Shown piece by piece: positions 28,395-42,805 of a stretch of 64,000 bases of DNA (positions are counted from its first letter, which is position 1; each line of letters starts with the position of its first letter). The translations under genes were made by a program, and so were the position numbers. The notes beneath the pieces were generated by a model that saw only the letters and a program-made list of their open reading frames with translations, searched no databases and was not told the origin of the DNA. The stretch is from Eledone cirrhosa. Its lineage: Eukaryota. Where the stretch lies: NCBI GenBank assembly GCA_964016885.1, contig OZ024747.1, forward strand, positions 51,584,001-51,648,000, read 5' to 3'.

Positions 28395-28505
28395 AAGTAG
28401 TGAGTCTTGTAAGTCTGAAGTTTCGCCAGTGTATCGCATCGTTTGTCTGAGAACCCTGTGATAAACAGGCGAAATTCCAGAGTAGCAAGCCTCACTATTT
28501 AGCCT
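28395..28505 (+). ncRNA. Degenerate hammerhead motif with an upstream mirror copy
   Basis: gtttgt-CTGAGAA-c-cctgt-gataa-acagg-c-GAAA-ttc-ca-ga-GTA-gcaagc (28441-28490). 28395-28438 is the reverse complement of its 3' half. Confidence 0.6.
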
Positions 28506-28591
28506 GAGTATATATATACTTATATATATATATATATGTGCGTGTATACACACACTCGCGCGCGCGCGCGCACACACATACATACACACAA

Positions 28592-28648
<57 letters not shown>

Positions 28649-29964
28649 AGCATTACATTATATTATATTATATTCAGAATAAGAGAATAATAGGCTGTCG
28701 TGTTTATAGATTATATTCAGAATAACAGATTGCTGATGTCAAAATTTTGATGAGTAGATTTCTAAAGAGAAAAACTCACTGAATAGATATATACATAAAT
28801 AAACAAGTAGTTTTTCCGATGAAATTTGGATCAGAATCAAAGCCAAAACTTCGAAGTGTTGAATTTTCAAAGAACTTGCTGCTTGTCATCAAATATTAAT
28901 GTTGCCTTTTTTCTGGCTTGTGCACAAAACCAATCATTTATTTTACTCTTCAAAGACACAATACATTCGAGTATAATGACTTTTATTTATTTATTTAGTT
29001 TTGTGTCGCAGAATTTAAAATGAATTGTGTCTGCCAGATCCACCTGAAGTATTGGAGTTTGGACGAAGCTTATTAATAGGTCAAAATGTCTTGCAACATT
29101 TTTTTTCCCTACATTTTCCCCCTTCTAACACCAGTTGACAACATTTGCCTATCAACTGGAAATAATAATAAATCTGTAAATGATAGTATTACGACAAGTA
29201 AAAATCATGTTTAGATTGAAGCAGGGTGAAATTAGAGGCTGGGAAATATTGTTTAGAGATAAACTGATAAACCAATAAATGATTTATTTATTTATTCCAA
29301 CTGACATACGTAAAATATTAAAACATCAAATGTCTGTATTTTCTGCGGAATTATTTCTAATCAGCGGAGGCCATCAATACATTGATATTTGATATAACGA
29401 TTAAAAAAGGTTTGTGAAGGTCAAGACTCGCAATGATAATTGGTGAATCTATTGAACCAACTTATCTACCACCAAAATTCAAATTTAGGCGTAGACACCG
29501 TCCTATCGAATGACAAAATTCATTTTAGAAATTGATTTTAATCAAGAAAATATTTCTGGGATTTTTAAGTGTCTAAATATTTGTGATGGTACTGTGTCAA
29601 GGGGTTAGTTGGTGTATCCACGATCATTAGGTCGTGATTTCAATTGCTAGGTACTTCATTTCATGATATGACTGCGGCCCTGATAATTATATCGCCCGGA
29701 TAACCTCCTATGCGATGCAACTTTGTAGGATGCCAGCTAATTCTGCAAATGGGTGAGCTGTAAATGCAACGTTTCCATATCAGGGTTTTGAAAAAAAATC
29801 TCTGGTGGTTGATGTTTAGCACTAGATCACTCCTCATACCGTAGTTCATTTGTATCCGCACAAAACATTTTTTCCGATATATGGTATCTATAAAAGTACT
29901 AACAATATATAGTTCCTTTGCCGTATGTGATTTGAGGAAGATTTGTCGATTATTTCTAACACAG

Positions 29965-30080
29965 TGAAGGCACGGGACAGGGATTTTAGTGTTGACCTCC
30001 AAGATCATAAGATTGTGGGCTCGAATACTGAATCGGGAGGTGCTTTATCATTTTGAGCAAAAATCTTTATTTTTCGTTTC
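29965..30080 (+). mobile_element. Old SINE family 2 head
   Basis: gaaggcacggg...gatcataagattgtgggctcgaatactg...tttgagcaaaaatctttattt; degenerate relative of 38897-39024. Confidence 0.5.
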
Positions 30081-30539
30081 TGATAAATTGGTGCACCTAT
30101 CATTAAAACACATGAGAAACCTCCTACAAAGTTTCATTTCATAGGAAATCAACAAAAAAACAAAGTTTGACTTATCAAATTCTGTTAATTTTCCAATCAT
30201 ACTACTACGTGGTTTAGATGTGGGAGTTAAAGACCAGCCGTTCGGACATTAGAACTATCAAAAGTAAGCACTCCTCTTTTAACCCTGCGCTGAATGATGC
30301 AGTTTTAATTTTAATTGTTTTCCATTTATTAACGTGAGTGTAGAATAGATTTGGTCTTGATAATAACCATGCTTCGATAGTTTCTTTACAATTGGTATTA
30401 CGTTACCGTCCGATATGAACATTTGAAATATATTAATTATATGAGGTAAAGATCGATGGGTTACCTACATGATGGTAAATTGCTGGAGGGTGGAGCTTTA
30501 GCAGAATCACTACAATGTTGAATAAAATGATTAAAACTT

Positions 30540-33500
30540 ATAGGTTGATTGGCTGGCTAGTTAGCTGGTTAGTTGCTTAGTTTGTTAGTTGGATGGCTAT
30601 TTGGTTGGCTAGTTGCTAAATCAGCGGGATGGCTGTATGATAAGTTAGTTAGCTGGCTAGTTGGTTGGTTAGTTGTTAAAACGGCTGGTTGGTAGGCTGG
30701 ATGGGTGATAAGTTAGTGTGCTGGTTGGTTGGCTGTATGATCATAAGTTAGATGGCTGGTTGGTTGGCTGTATGATCATAAGTTAGATGGCTGGTTGGTT
30801 GGCTGTATGATCATAAGTTAGATGTCTGGTTGATTGGCTGTAAGATCATAAGTTAGATGGCTGGTTGGTTGGCTGGCTGGTGGTATGATCAGTAAGTTAG
30901 ATGTCTGGTTGGTTGGCTGTAAGATCATAAGTTAGATGGCTGGTTGGTTGGCTGTATGATCAGTAAGTTAGATGGCTGGTTGGTTGGCTGTATGATCAGT
31001 AAGTTAGATGTCTGGTTGATTGGCTGTAAGATCATAAGTTAGATGGCTGGTTGGTTGGCTGGCTGGTGGTATGATCAGTAAGTTAGATGGCTGCTTGGCT
31101 GGCTGTATGATCATAAGTTAGATGGCTGGTTGGTGGCTGTATGATCATAAGTTAGATGGCTGGTTGGCTGGCTGTATGATCATAAGTTAGATGGCTGGTT
31201 GGTTGGCTGTATGATCATAAGTTAGATGGCTGGTTGGTTGGCTGTATGATCATAAGTTAGATGGCTGGTTGGTGGCTGTATGATCAGTAAGTTAGATGTC
31301 TGGTTGGTTGGCTGTATGATCAGTAAGTTAGATGGCTGGTTGGTTGGCTGTATGATCATAAGTTAGATGGCTGGTTGGTTGGCTGTATGATCATAAGTTA
31401 GATGGCTGGTTGGTTGGCTGTATGATCATAAGTTAGATGGCTGGTTGGTGGCTGTATGATCAGTAAGTTAGATGGCTGGTTGGTTGGCTGTATGATCATA
31501 AGTTAGATGGCTGGTTGGTGGCTGTATGATCATAAGTTAGATGGCTGGTTGATTGGCTGTAAGATCAGTAAGTTAGATGTCTGGTTGGTTGGCTGTATGA
31601 TCAGTAAGTTAGATGGCTGGTTGGTTGGCTGTATGATCATAAGTTAGATGGCTGGTTGGTTGGCTGTATGATCATAAGTTAGATGGCTGGTTGGTTGGCT
31701 GTATGATCATAAGTTAGATGTCTGGTTGGTTGGCTGTATGATCAGTAAGTTAGATGGCTGGTTGGTTGGCTGTATGATCATAAGTTAGATGTCTGGTTGG
31801 TTGGCTGTATGATCATAAGTTAGATGGCTGGTTGGTTGGCTGTATGATCATAAGTTAGATGGCTGGTTGGTTGGCTGTATGATCATAAGTTAGATGGCTG
31901 GTTGGTGGCTGTATGATCAGTAAGTTAGATGGCTGGTTGGTTGGCTGTATGATCATAAGTTAGATGGCTGGTTGGTTGGCTGTATGATCATAAGTTAGAT
32001 GGCTGGTTGGTGGCTGTATGATCAGTAAGTTAGATGGCTGGTTGGTTGGCTGTATGATCATAAGTTAGATGGCTGGTTGGTGGCTGTATGATCATAAGTT
32101 AGATGGCTGGTTGATTGGCTGTAAGATCATAAGTTAGATGGCTGGTTGGTTGGCTGGCTGGTGGTATGATCAGTAAGTTAGATGGCTGGTTGGTGGCTGT
32201 ATGATCATAAGTTAGATGGCTGGTTGATTGGCTGGCTGGTGGTATGATCAGTAAGTTAGATGGCTGGTTGGTTGGCTGTATGATCATAAGTTAGATGGCT
32301 GGTTGGTGGCTGTATGATCAGTAAGTTAGATGGCTGGTTGGTTGGCTGTATGATCATAAGTTAGATGGCTGGTTGGTTGGCTGTATGATCATAAGTTAGA
32401 TGGCTGGTTGGTTGGCTGTATGATCATAAGTTAGATGGCTGGTTGGTTGGCTGTATGATCAGTAAGTTAGATGGCTGGTTGGTGGCTGTATGATCATAAG
32501 TTAGATGGCTGGTTGGTTGGCTGTATGATCATAAGTTAGATGGCTGGTTGGTTGGCTGTATGATCATAAGTTAGATGGCTGGTGGGTGGCTGTATGATCA
32601 TAAGTTAGATGGCTGGTTGGTTGGCTGTAAGATCATAAGTTAGATGGCTGGTTGGTTGGCTGGCTGGTGGTATGATCAGTAAGTTAGATGGCTGGTTGGC
32701 TGGCTGTATGATCATAAGTTAGATGGCTGGTTGGTTGGCTGTATGATCATAAGTTAGATGGCTGGTTGGTTGGCTGTATGATCAGTAAGTTAGATGTCTG
32801 GTTGATTGGCTGTAAGATCATAAGTTAGATGGCTGGTTGGTTGGCTGTAAGATCATAAGTTAGATGTCTGGTTGGTGGCTGTAAGATCATAAGTTAGATG
32901 TCTGGTTGGTGGCTGTAAGATCATAAGTTAGATGTCTGGTTGGTGGCTGTATGATCAGTAAGTTAGATGTCTGGTTGGTTGGCTGTATGATCATAAGTTA
33001 GATGTCTGGTTGGTGGCTGTAAGATCATAAGTTAGATGTCTGGTTGGTGGCTGTAAGATCATAAGTTAGATGTCTGGTTGGTGGCTGTAAGATCATAAGT
33101 TAGATGTCTGGTTGGTGGCTGTATGATCAGTAAGTTAGATGTCTGGTTGGTGGCTGTATGATCATAAGTTAGATGGCTGGTTGGTTGGCTGTAAGATCAT
33201 AAGTTAGATGTCTGGTTGGTGGCTGTAAGATCATAAGTTAGATGTCTGGTTGGTGGCTGTAAGATCATAAGTTAGATGTCTGGTTGGTGGCTGTATGATC
33301 AGTAAGTTAGATGTCTGGTTGGTTGGCTGTATGATCATAAGTTAGATGTCTGGTTGGTGGCTGTAAGATCATAAGTTAGATGTCTGGTTGGTGGCTGTAA
33401 GATCATAAGTTAGATGTCTGGTTGGTGGCTGTATGATCATAAGTTAGATGGCTGGTTGGTGGCTGTATGATCATAAGTTAGATGTCTGGTTGGTGGCTGT

Positions 33501-36500
33501 ATGATCATAAGTTAGATGTCTGGTTGGTGGCTGTATGATCATAAGTTAGATGGCTGGTTGGTTGGCTGTAAGATCATAAGTTAGATGTCTGGTTGGTGGC
33601 TGTAAGATCATAAGTTAGATGTCTGGTTGGTGGCTGTAAGATCATAAGTTAGATGTCTGGTTGGTGGCTGTAAGATCATAAGTTAGATGTCTGGTTGGTG
33701 GCTGTATGATCATAAGTTAGATGGCTGGTTGGTTGGCTGTAAGATCATAAGTTAGATGTCTGGTTGGTGGCTGTAAGATCATAAGTTAGATGTCTGGTTG
33801 GTGGCTGTAAGATCATAAGTTAGATGTCTGGTTGGTGGCTGTATGATCAGTAAGTTAGATGGCTGGTTGGTTGGCTGTATGATCATAAGTTAGATGTCTG
33901 GTTGGTGGCTGTATGATCATAAGTTAGATGGCTGGTTGGTTGGCTGTAAGATCATAAGTTAGATGTCTGGTTGGTGGCTGTAAGATCATAAGTTAGATGT
34001 CTGGTTGGTGGCTGTATGATCAGTAAGTTAGATGGCTGGTTGGTTGGCTGTATGATCAGTAAGTTAGATGTCTGGTTGGTGGCTGTATGATCAGTAAGTT
34101 AGATGGCTGGTTGGTTGGCTGTATGATCAGTAAGTTAGATGGCTGGTTGGTGGCTGTATGATCATAAGTTAGATGTCTGGTTGGTGGCTGTATGATCATA
34201 AGTTAGATGGCTGGTTGGTGGCTGTATGATCATAAGTTAGATGTCTGGTTGGTGGCTGTATGATCATAAGTTAGATGGCTGGTTGGTGGCTGTATGATCA
34301 GTAAGTTAGATGGCTGGTTGGTGGCTGTATGATCATAAGTTAGATGTCTGGTTGGTTGGCTGTATGATCAGTAAGTTAGATGTCTGGTTGGTGGCTGTAT
34401 GATCAGTAAGTTAGATGGCTGGTTGGTTGGCTGTATGATCAGTAATTTAGATGGCTGGTTGGTGGCTGTATGATCATAAGTTAGATGGCTGGTTGGTGGC
34501 TGTATGATCATAAGTTAGATGGCTGGTTGGTTGGCTGGCTGGTGGTATGATCAGTAAGTTAGATGTCTGGTTGGTTGGCTGTATGATCATAAGTTAGATG
34601 GCTGGTTGGTTGGCTGTATGATCAGTAAGTTAGATGTCTGGTTGGTTGGCTGTATGATCAGTAAGTTAGATGGCTGGTTGGTTGGCTGTATGATCAGTAA
34701 GTTAGATGGCTGGTTGGTTGGCTGTATGATCATAAGTTAGATGGCTGGTTGGTTGGCTGTATGATCATAAGTTAGATGGCTGGTTGGTTGGCTGTATGAT
34801 CAGTAAGTTAGATGTCTGGTTGGTTGGCTGTATGATCAGTAAGTTAGATGGCTGGTTGGTTGGCTGTATGATCAGTAAGTTAGATGGCTGGTTGGTTGGC
34901 TGTATGATTATAAGTTAGATGGCTGGTTGGTGGCTGTATGATCATAAGTTAGATGTCTGGTTGGTTGGCTGTATGATTATAAGTTAGATGGCTGGTTGGT
35001 GGCTGTATGATCATAAGTTAGATGTCTGGTTGGCTGGCTGTATGATCAGTAAGTTAGATGGCTGGTTGGTTGGCTGTATGATTATAAGTTAGATGGCTGG
35101 TTGGCTGGCTGTAAGATCAGTAAGTTAGATGGCTGGTTGGTGGCTGTATGATCATAAGTTAGATGGCTGGTTGGTGGCTGTATGATCAGTAAGTTAGATG
35201 GCTGGTTGGTTGGCTGTATGATCAGTAAGTTAGATGGCTGGTTGGTTGGCTGTATGATCAGTAAGTTAGATGGCTGGTTGGTTGGCTGGCTGGTGGTATG
35301 ATCAGTAAGTTAGATGTCTGGTTGGTTGGCTGTATGATCAGTAAGTTAGATGTCTGGTTGGTTGGCTGTATGATCAGTAAGTTAGATGTCTTGTTGGTTG
35401 GCTGTATGATCAGTAAGTTAGATGGCTGGTTGGTTGGCTGTATGATCAGTAAGTTAGATGGCTGGTTGGTTGGCTGTATGATCAGTAAGTTAGATGTCTG
35501 GTTGGTTGGCTGTATGATCAGTAAGTTAGATGGCTGGTTGGTTGGCTGTATGATCAGTAAGTTAGATGTCTGGTTGGTTGGCTGTATGATCAGTAAGTTA
35601 GATGTCTGGTTGGTTGGCTGTATGATCAGTAAGTTAGATGGCTGGTTGGTTGGCTGTATGATCAGTAAGTTAGATGTCTGGTTGGTTGGCTGTATGATCA
35701 GTAAGTTAGATGGCTGGTTGGTTGGCTGTATGATCAGTAAGTTAGATGTCTGGTTGGTTGGCTGTATGATCAGTAAGTTAGATGTCTGGTTGGTTGGCTG
35801 TATGATCAGTAAGTTAGATGGCTGGTTGGTTGGCTGTATGATCAGTAAGTTAGATGGCTGGTTGGTTGGCTGTATGATCATAAGTTAGATGTCTGGTTGG
35901 TTGGCTGTATGATCAGTAAGTTAGATGTCTGGTTGGTTGGCTGTATGATCAGTAAGTTAGATGGCTGGTTGGTTGGCTGTATGATCATAAGTTAGATGTC
36001 TGGTTGGTTGGCTGTATGATCAGTAAGTTAGATGTCTGGTTGGTTGGCTGTATGATCAGTAAGTTAGATGGCTGGTTGGTTGGCTGTATGATCATAAGTT
36101 AGATGTCTGGTTGGTTGGCTGTATGATCAGTAAGTTAGATGGCTGGTTGGTTGGCTGTATGATCAGTAAGTTAGATGTCTGGTTGGTTGGCTGTATGATC
36201 AGTAAGTTAGATGGCTGGTTGGTTGGCTGTATGATCAGTAAGTTAGATGTCTGGTTGGTTGGCTGTATGATCAGTAAGTTAGATGGCTGGTTGGTTGGCT
36301 GTATGATCAGTAAGTTAGATGTCTGGTTGGTTGGCTGTATGATCATAAGTTAGATGGCTGGTTGGTTGGCTGTATGATCATAAGTTAGATGTCTGGTTGG
36401 TTGGCTGTATGATCAGTAAGTTAGATGTCTGGTTGGTTGGCTGTATGATCATAAGTTAGATGTCTGGTTGGTTGGCTGTATGATCATAAGTTAGATGTCT

Positions 36501-37645
36501 GGTTGGTTGGCTGTATGATCAGTAAGTTAGATGTCTGGTTGGTTGGCTGTATGATCAGTAAGTTAGATGTCTGGTTGGTTGGCTGTATGATCAGTAAGTT
36601 AGATGGCTGGTTGGTTGGCTGTATGATCAGTAAGTTAGATGTCTGGTTGGTTGGCTGTATGATCATAAGTTAGATGGCTGGTTGGTTGGCTGTATGATCA
36701 TAAGTTAGATGTCTGGTTGGTTGGCTGTATGATCAGTAAGTTAGATGTCTGGTTGGTTGGCTGTATGATCATAAGTTAGATGTCTGGTTGGTTGGCTGTA
36801 TGATCATAAGTTAGATGTCTGGTTGGTTGGCTGTATGATCAGTAAGTTAGATGTCTGGTTGGTTGGCTGTATGATCAGTAAGTTAGATGTCTGGTTGGTT
36901 GGCTGTATGATCAGTAAGTTAGATGGCTGGTTGGTTGGCTGTATGATCATAAGTTAGATGTCTGGTTGGTTGGCTGTATGATCAGTAAGTTAGATGTCTG
37001 GTTGGTTGGCTGTATGATCATAAGTTAGATGTCTGGTTGGTTGGCTGTATGATCATAAGTTAGATGTCTGGTTGGCTGGCTGTATGATCAGTAAGTTAGA
37101 TGTCTGGTTGGTTGGCTGTATGATCAGTAAGTTAGATGTCTGGTTGGTTGGCTGTATGATCAGTAAGTTAGATGGCTGGTTGGTTGGCTGTATGATCAGT
37201 AAGTTAGATGGCTGGTTGGTTGGCTGGCTGGTGGTATGATAAGTAAGTTAGATGGCTGGTTGGTTGGCTGTAAGATCATAAGTTAGATGGCTGGTTGGTT
37301 GGCTGTATGATCATAAGTTAGATGGCTGGTTGGTGGCTGTATGATCATAAGTTAGATGTCTGGTTGGTGGCTGTATGATCAGTAAGTTAGATGGTTGGTT
37401 GGTTGGCTGTATGATCAGTAAGTTAGATGGCTGGTTGGTGGCTGTATGATCAGTAAGTTAGATGGTTGGTTGGTTGGTTGGTTGGCTGGCTGGTGGTATG
37501 ATAAGTAAGTTAGATGTCTGGTTGGTTGGTTGGTTGGTTGGTTGGCTGTGTGATCAGTAAGTTTGATATCTGGTTGGTTGGATGGCGGAGCGATCATTAA
37601 GTTAGATGGCTGCTTGGCTGGTTGACTGTATGATTAGTTAGTTAG
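30540..37645. repeat. ~7-kb satellite, 34-36-bp unit TAAGTTAGATG(G/T)CTGGTTGGT(T)GGCTGTA(T/A)GATCA(G), roughly 190-200 units
   Basis: Directly visible. Homogeneous core ~30720-37450 with degenerate (TTGG/TTAG)-like edges. Confidence 0.98.
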
Positions 37646-38014
37646 GTCAATGATGATATTATATGAAATTTAAGGTTATGGCTACTTCAACATTATTACA
37701 GACAAAGGCTTTTTAAAAACCATTAAAGACGACAACATCAGCAAATATAACGACAAAAACAATAACAATAAGTATAACAACAACAACATCTACAATAAAC
37801 AACAATAATAAAGGCAGGCGAATAAATAGCACATTATAACCTCACCCCCTTTCTGTTTTGTAGACTGATTGAAAATGAGCCAAACATTTGTTTTGAGTCC
37901 ATTAACGACCGGTGTTACCCGAGACATGTCATCCATTATTTATTATCTCTACTGCAATCTTTACGGTCTTTATAACAATTGGTAATACAATATCTACATC
38001 ACTCTTTTATATCT

Positions 38015-38054
<40 letters not shown>

Positions 38055-38091
38055 TCATACATACATATATATACATAAGTGTGTGTATATA

Positions 38092-38147
<56 letters not shown>

Positions 38148-38245
38148 CTTACGTTATATATATATATAATATATGTGCATATATATATATTTATATATAT
38201 ACATATATATAATATTAGGTGGTTCAGTACTTTTGCTTTGTGTTC

Positions 38246-38290
<45 letters not shown>

Positions 38291-38480
38291 ATGCTTGCAT
38301 ACGTATATTTGTGTGTGCATGTAAGGTTGATAGTGAGTGCTGCATGTGTTTGACTATATAAAGGACAGAAAATGTATAAACGAGGATGAGATCGAGAACA
38401 CGACTCAAGATCACTGTGTATGTATATATAGTACAGACATACACATATACACACACCAATATATACATTCACATGTATCT

Positions 38481-38552
<72 letters not shown>

Positions 38553-38556
<4 letters not shown>

Positions 38557-38790
38557 CGAAGGAAATGTGGTAAGGAACCAGGTGGACCATAACGCACCAA
38601 AGTACTCAATACTTGAGGTAGTAGAGTGGGTAATAGGAACCAGTAAGACCCCGACAGCTGAGCTCAAGCCGTTTCGACGGCTAATTCTGTCGGGGTCTTA
38701 CTGGTTCCTATTACCCACTCTACTACCTCAAGTATTGAGTACTTTGGTGCGTTATGGTCCACCTGGTTCCTTACCACACTTCCTTCGTTA
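38553..38790. mobile_element. Family P palindrome, copy 2 (both tails complete, centre partly deleted)
   Basis: taacgaaggaaatgtggtaagg... mirrored by ...ccttaccacacttccttcgtta. Confidence 0.9.
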
Positions 38791-38896
38791 TATATAGAAA
38801 AAAGAAAAAACGATCGACTTTCGTCAAATCGGACCGAGGGAACAATGTTTCCGTTGGTCTTTCCAATTGCTAATACTATCTATCGGTCGCAACTCC

Positions 38897-39024
38897 AGGT
38901 AGAAGGAGCAACGTGAAATAAAGTGTCTTGCTCAAGGACATAACGCATCACCTGGTCCAGGAATCGAACTCACAACCTTACGATTGCGAGTCCGATTCCC
39001 TAACCACTCAGCCACACGCCTTCG
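38897..39024 (-). mobile_element. tRNA-derived CORE-type SINE head, family 2
   Basis: Minus strand: ggcgtgTGGCTGAGTGGttaggg...gaGTTCGATTCCtgg (A and B boxes), then tgtccttgagcaagacactttattt (CORE-like). Confidence 0.8.
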
Positions 39025-39362
<338 letters not shown>

Positions 39363-39645
39363 TAATAGGCACCCGTTTACGTGTGTTGTATTGAAGCGAA
39401 TAACTAAGTGTGTACTCTGGGAATATTTTCTACATTACCTATTGAGTACGCTGAGATACAACCGGTCCTGGCATTGATAAATATGCTGGGTCCGTCAAGT
39501 CCTTAATATATATATATATATATATATATATGTAATATATGATATATATATATGTATAATTATGTATGTTTAATATATATTAATATAATATAAAATACAT
39601 ATGTATATATATATACATATACACACACACATATATATATATACA

Positions 39646-39742
<97 letters not shown>

Positions 39743-39754
39743 AATAGATACATG

Positions 39755-39802
<48 letters not shown>

Positions 39803-40214
39803 CTATATATATAAATATATATATATAAATATGTATGGGAGGGGGGGGTGAAGGTTTGACGGTTCGAAACCGAGAAGACCACAAATGTTTTGTGTTTTCG
39901 ATTTCAAAATAAAAAGATATGATTAAAGTCTTTGGATTATATTGAAAGGATCCAATAAGCTCGAAATTCTCATATATAATTGAAGGGTTCATGATATATA
40001 CTATCTTCATTTTTAATATCCGATTACTGAAAGAAAGAAATATAAATAAAATAAGAAATTGCATTAATAGACGTTCGCTGGGATGATTCGAAAGGACCAG
40101 GCAACCAGTCAAATTATCAACATTAAGAAACCCCCCCCCCTCCTCCAATGAAATAATTCTAGTCCTGTAGAAGCCATTTCTATATTAAATTATATATATA
40201 TATACATACATATA

Positions 40215-41500
40215 CAGTGGTACCTTGACTTACGAGTGTCCCAACTAACGAGTTTTTCGAGATACGACGTCACTCGGCTGATTTTTTGCTTTGAGTTGCG
40301 AGCTAAGATTCCGGTTACGAGCCAGCTTCAGATACCCTACCACTAGTTGGCGTAGGGAACGCCACAGTGAACGCCGTAACATCCGCCCAACACCCATGGG
40401 TCCGAAGAAATTGAGCACGAAGGACAGTGCTGAGAAGAAGAAGCGGATGATGTGCATTGAATTAAATATAGAAATGATCTAAAAACATGACCCAGGTGTG
40501 CATGTAGTCGACTTGGCGAAGCAGTACAAGCGTAGCACTTCTACGACCTGTATCATACTGAAGGAAGCAGAAGGAGTCGATAAAAGCTATAACGCCAGCC
40601 AAGGGCGTTAAAATAATTTCTAAACATGAAAATATAGAAAAGCTGCTGATGGTGTGGTTGACGGAGAAGCAGCTCGCAAGAGATACCGTGACGGAGGACA
40701 TAATCTGCGAGAAGGCACTAGCTATTTACGCTGATTTGCTGCAGCAGACCCCAGGCACTTCGACGGACGAGCCGTTTAAAGCCAGTCGGGGCTGATTCGA
40801 GAATGTTAAAAAGAGGACCGGCATTCACTCCGTTGTCAGGCATGATGAGGCAGCGAGCGCGGATATGAAGGCAGCTGAGGGTTACCCCAAAACCTTTGCC
40901 AGAATTATAGCAGCCGAAGAATACATCCCCCAGCAACTGTGACGAGACAGGACTTTTTTGGAAGAAGATGCCAAGGAGGACTTATATAACGCCAGAGAAG
41001 AGGATGCCAGGCTACCAACCCATGAAGGATAGGCTAACCCTCGTACTGTGCGCCAATGCGAGCGGCGACTCCAAGATTAAGCCGCTGCTCGTTTATCATT
41101 TGGAAAACCCCAGAGCCTTTAAGTCACATAACATTCTGAAAGAAAAACTGCAGGTTATGTGGAGGGCAAACCCGAGGGTGTGGGTCACCAGGCAGTTCTT
41201 TGTGGAGTGGGTGAATTTGGTCTTTGGTCCTGACGTTAAGAAATATCTCCAGGAGAATAACCTACCCCTGCAAGCCCTTCTTGTCCTGGACAATGCACAT
41301 GCTCACCCACCTGAAGTCGAAGATAACATTCTCGAAGAGTTCACGTTTATAAAAGCTCTCTACCTTCCACCCAACACCACCCCGATCCTGCAGCCCATGG
41401 ATGAGCAGGTGATTTCTAAGTTCAAGAAGCTCTTCCCCAAGCACCTGTTCCGCCGCTGCTTTGAGGTGACGGAGAGCACAAACCTCACCCTTAGAGAGTT
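40215..41500 (+). mobile_element. Tigger/pogo DNA transposon, 3'-truncated
   Basis: TA followed by the TIR-like CAGTGGTACCTTGACTTACGAG, then transposase remnants; broken at ~41500 by a Penelope terminal-repeat copy. Confidence 0.9.
40396..41500 (+). pseudogene. Tigger/pogo (CENP-B HTH + DDE) transposase pseudogene
   Basis: MGPKK...KKRMMCIELNIEMI*...VVDLAKQY; NCDETGLFWKKMPRRTYI; KDRLTLVLCANASGD.KIKPLLVY; LLVLDNAHAHP; LPPNTTPILQPMDEQVI. Contains stops and frameshifts. Confidence 0.9.
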
Positions 41501-41504
41501 AAAC

Positions 41505-41765
41505 TTGGGGAGGGTCATATTGTTCTAATATTGCCAGAAATAATAACAGAACACACTCACTGTTTGGTTTGGGTTGGTTATCGCTTCTGTATCTTTTATA
41601 TCTCCATAGTTAATTTATTTGGCAATCAATGTTTATCATTAATTGACCATCGGTTAAAAATACAGATATAAATATATATAGTCTATCAAACTTCTTTCGT
41701 CACACATCTGCAATATCCTCAGTGGTACTATTATGTTTACTCCCATTGTATTCTATTGTAATGTA
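41505..41765 (-). mobile_element. Penelope terminal-repeat copy with hammerhead core
   Basis: Minus strand: tacaatgggagtaaacataatagtacca-CTGAGGA-t-attgca-gatg-tgtgac-GAAAGAAGTT. The flanks match 14325-14360 and 14365-14412. Confidence 0.8.
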
Positions 41766-41766
41766 A

Positions 41767-41886
<120 letters not shown>

Positions 41887-42036
41887 ATACTTTGGGAGGG
41901 TAATGTTGCCAATAAGAAACACACGCACCAGTTGCATTCACATCAATTTATTATATATGACCCTCCCAAAGTATAACAATATCGGTTTCAACACACGATT
42001 TCAGATAAAGAATCTTGCTAAACAAATTCAGAAACG

Positions 42037-42133
<97 letters not shown>

Positions 42134-42500
42134 ATAAAACCCGCAGAGTAAATATTTATTATAAGGATAGATTAAAGTGTAAGCAAAGAATCGCTGCTTT
42201 CACCCTTAGCAGGATATACTGAAACTGAAAAAAAAATCAATCTGTGGACGCAGAAGTATATATCTCAAAAAAAGTTTCAACTGCAGGAAAACACGAAGAC
42301 GATATGTTAGTTCGTGAAGACGATCTCTAGCGATAGACGAAAAATGCGAGGATAATTACGTCGTTATGTTTCTACCAGTAATGCACTGGGTGGTTGCTGG
42401 CCTTGTGCCTAAAGTAGAAACAATTATTTATTTTGATATGTAGATACATCTTATCCGTATACTTGTGCATGTGTGTATATATCTATATGTATGCATATAC

Positions 42501-42555
<55 letters not shown>

Positions 42556-42556
<1 letters not shown>

Positions 42557-42805
42557 AGGTAGGGTAATTTGGAGTTACAGTAGGTTCACCCGGGTGAGCA
42601 CTCGGTGTTTAGGTTCACTTCAGTGTCGAGGTATAGAGCTATACAAAGTGTATTATAGTTAAATAATATAACAAGGACGATTGGTTACTATTTCATTACG
42701 TTTACTGGTTGGTGACGCGCGTTTCGCCACTGACCAGCTCAAGGTTCGATCTGTATCAATCTGACCTGACTTTGTAATCCGCCGCTCGTCAGACCCCTTG
42801 TAATG
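42556..42805 (-). mobile_element. Hammerhead-bearing repeat (long stem II family) in (TA)n
   Basis: Minus strand 42795-42711: ggt-CTGACGA-GC...tcagtgGC-GAAA-CGCGCG-TC-acc. The tail continues to 42556. Confidence 0.75.

Noticed and set aside
30720-37450. CRISPR-like array or repeat-protein gene (MISKLDVWLVGC)n
   Set aside because: Units are contiguous with no unique spacers and no cas genes. The ORFs exist only where 36-bp variants happen to run in frame.
38950-39024. tRNA gene
   Set aside because: The A and B boxes run straight into a SINE body; no proper acceptor stem.
40968-41528. Domesticated TIGD/CENP-B-like host gene
   Set aside because: Upstream stops and frameshifts, a retained TIR and 3' truncation indicate a dead transposon.
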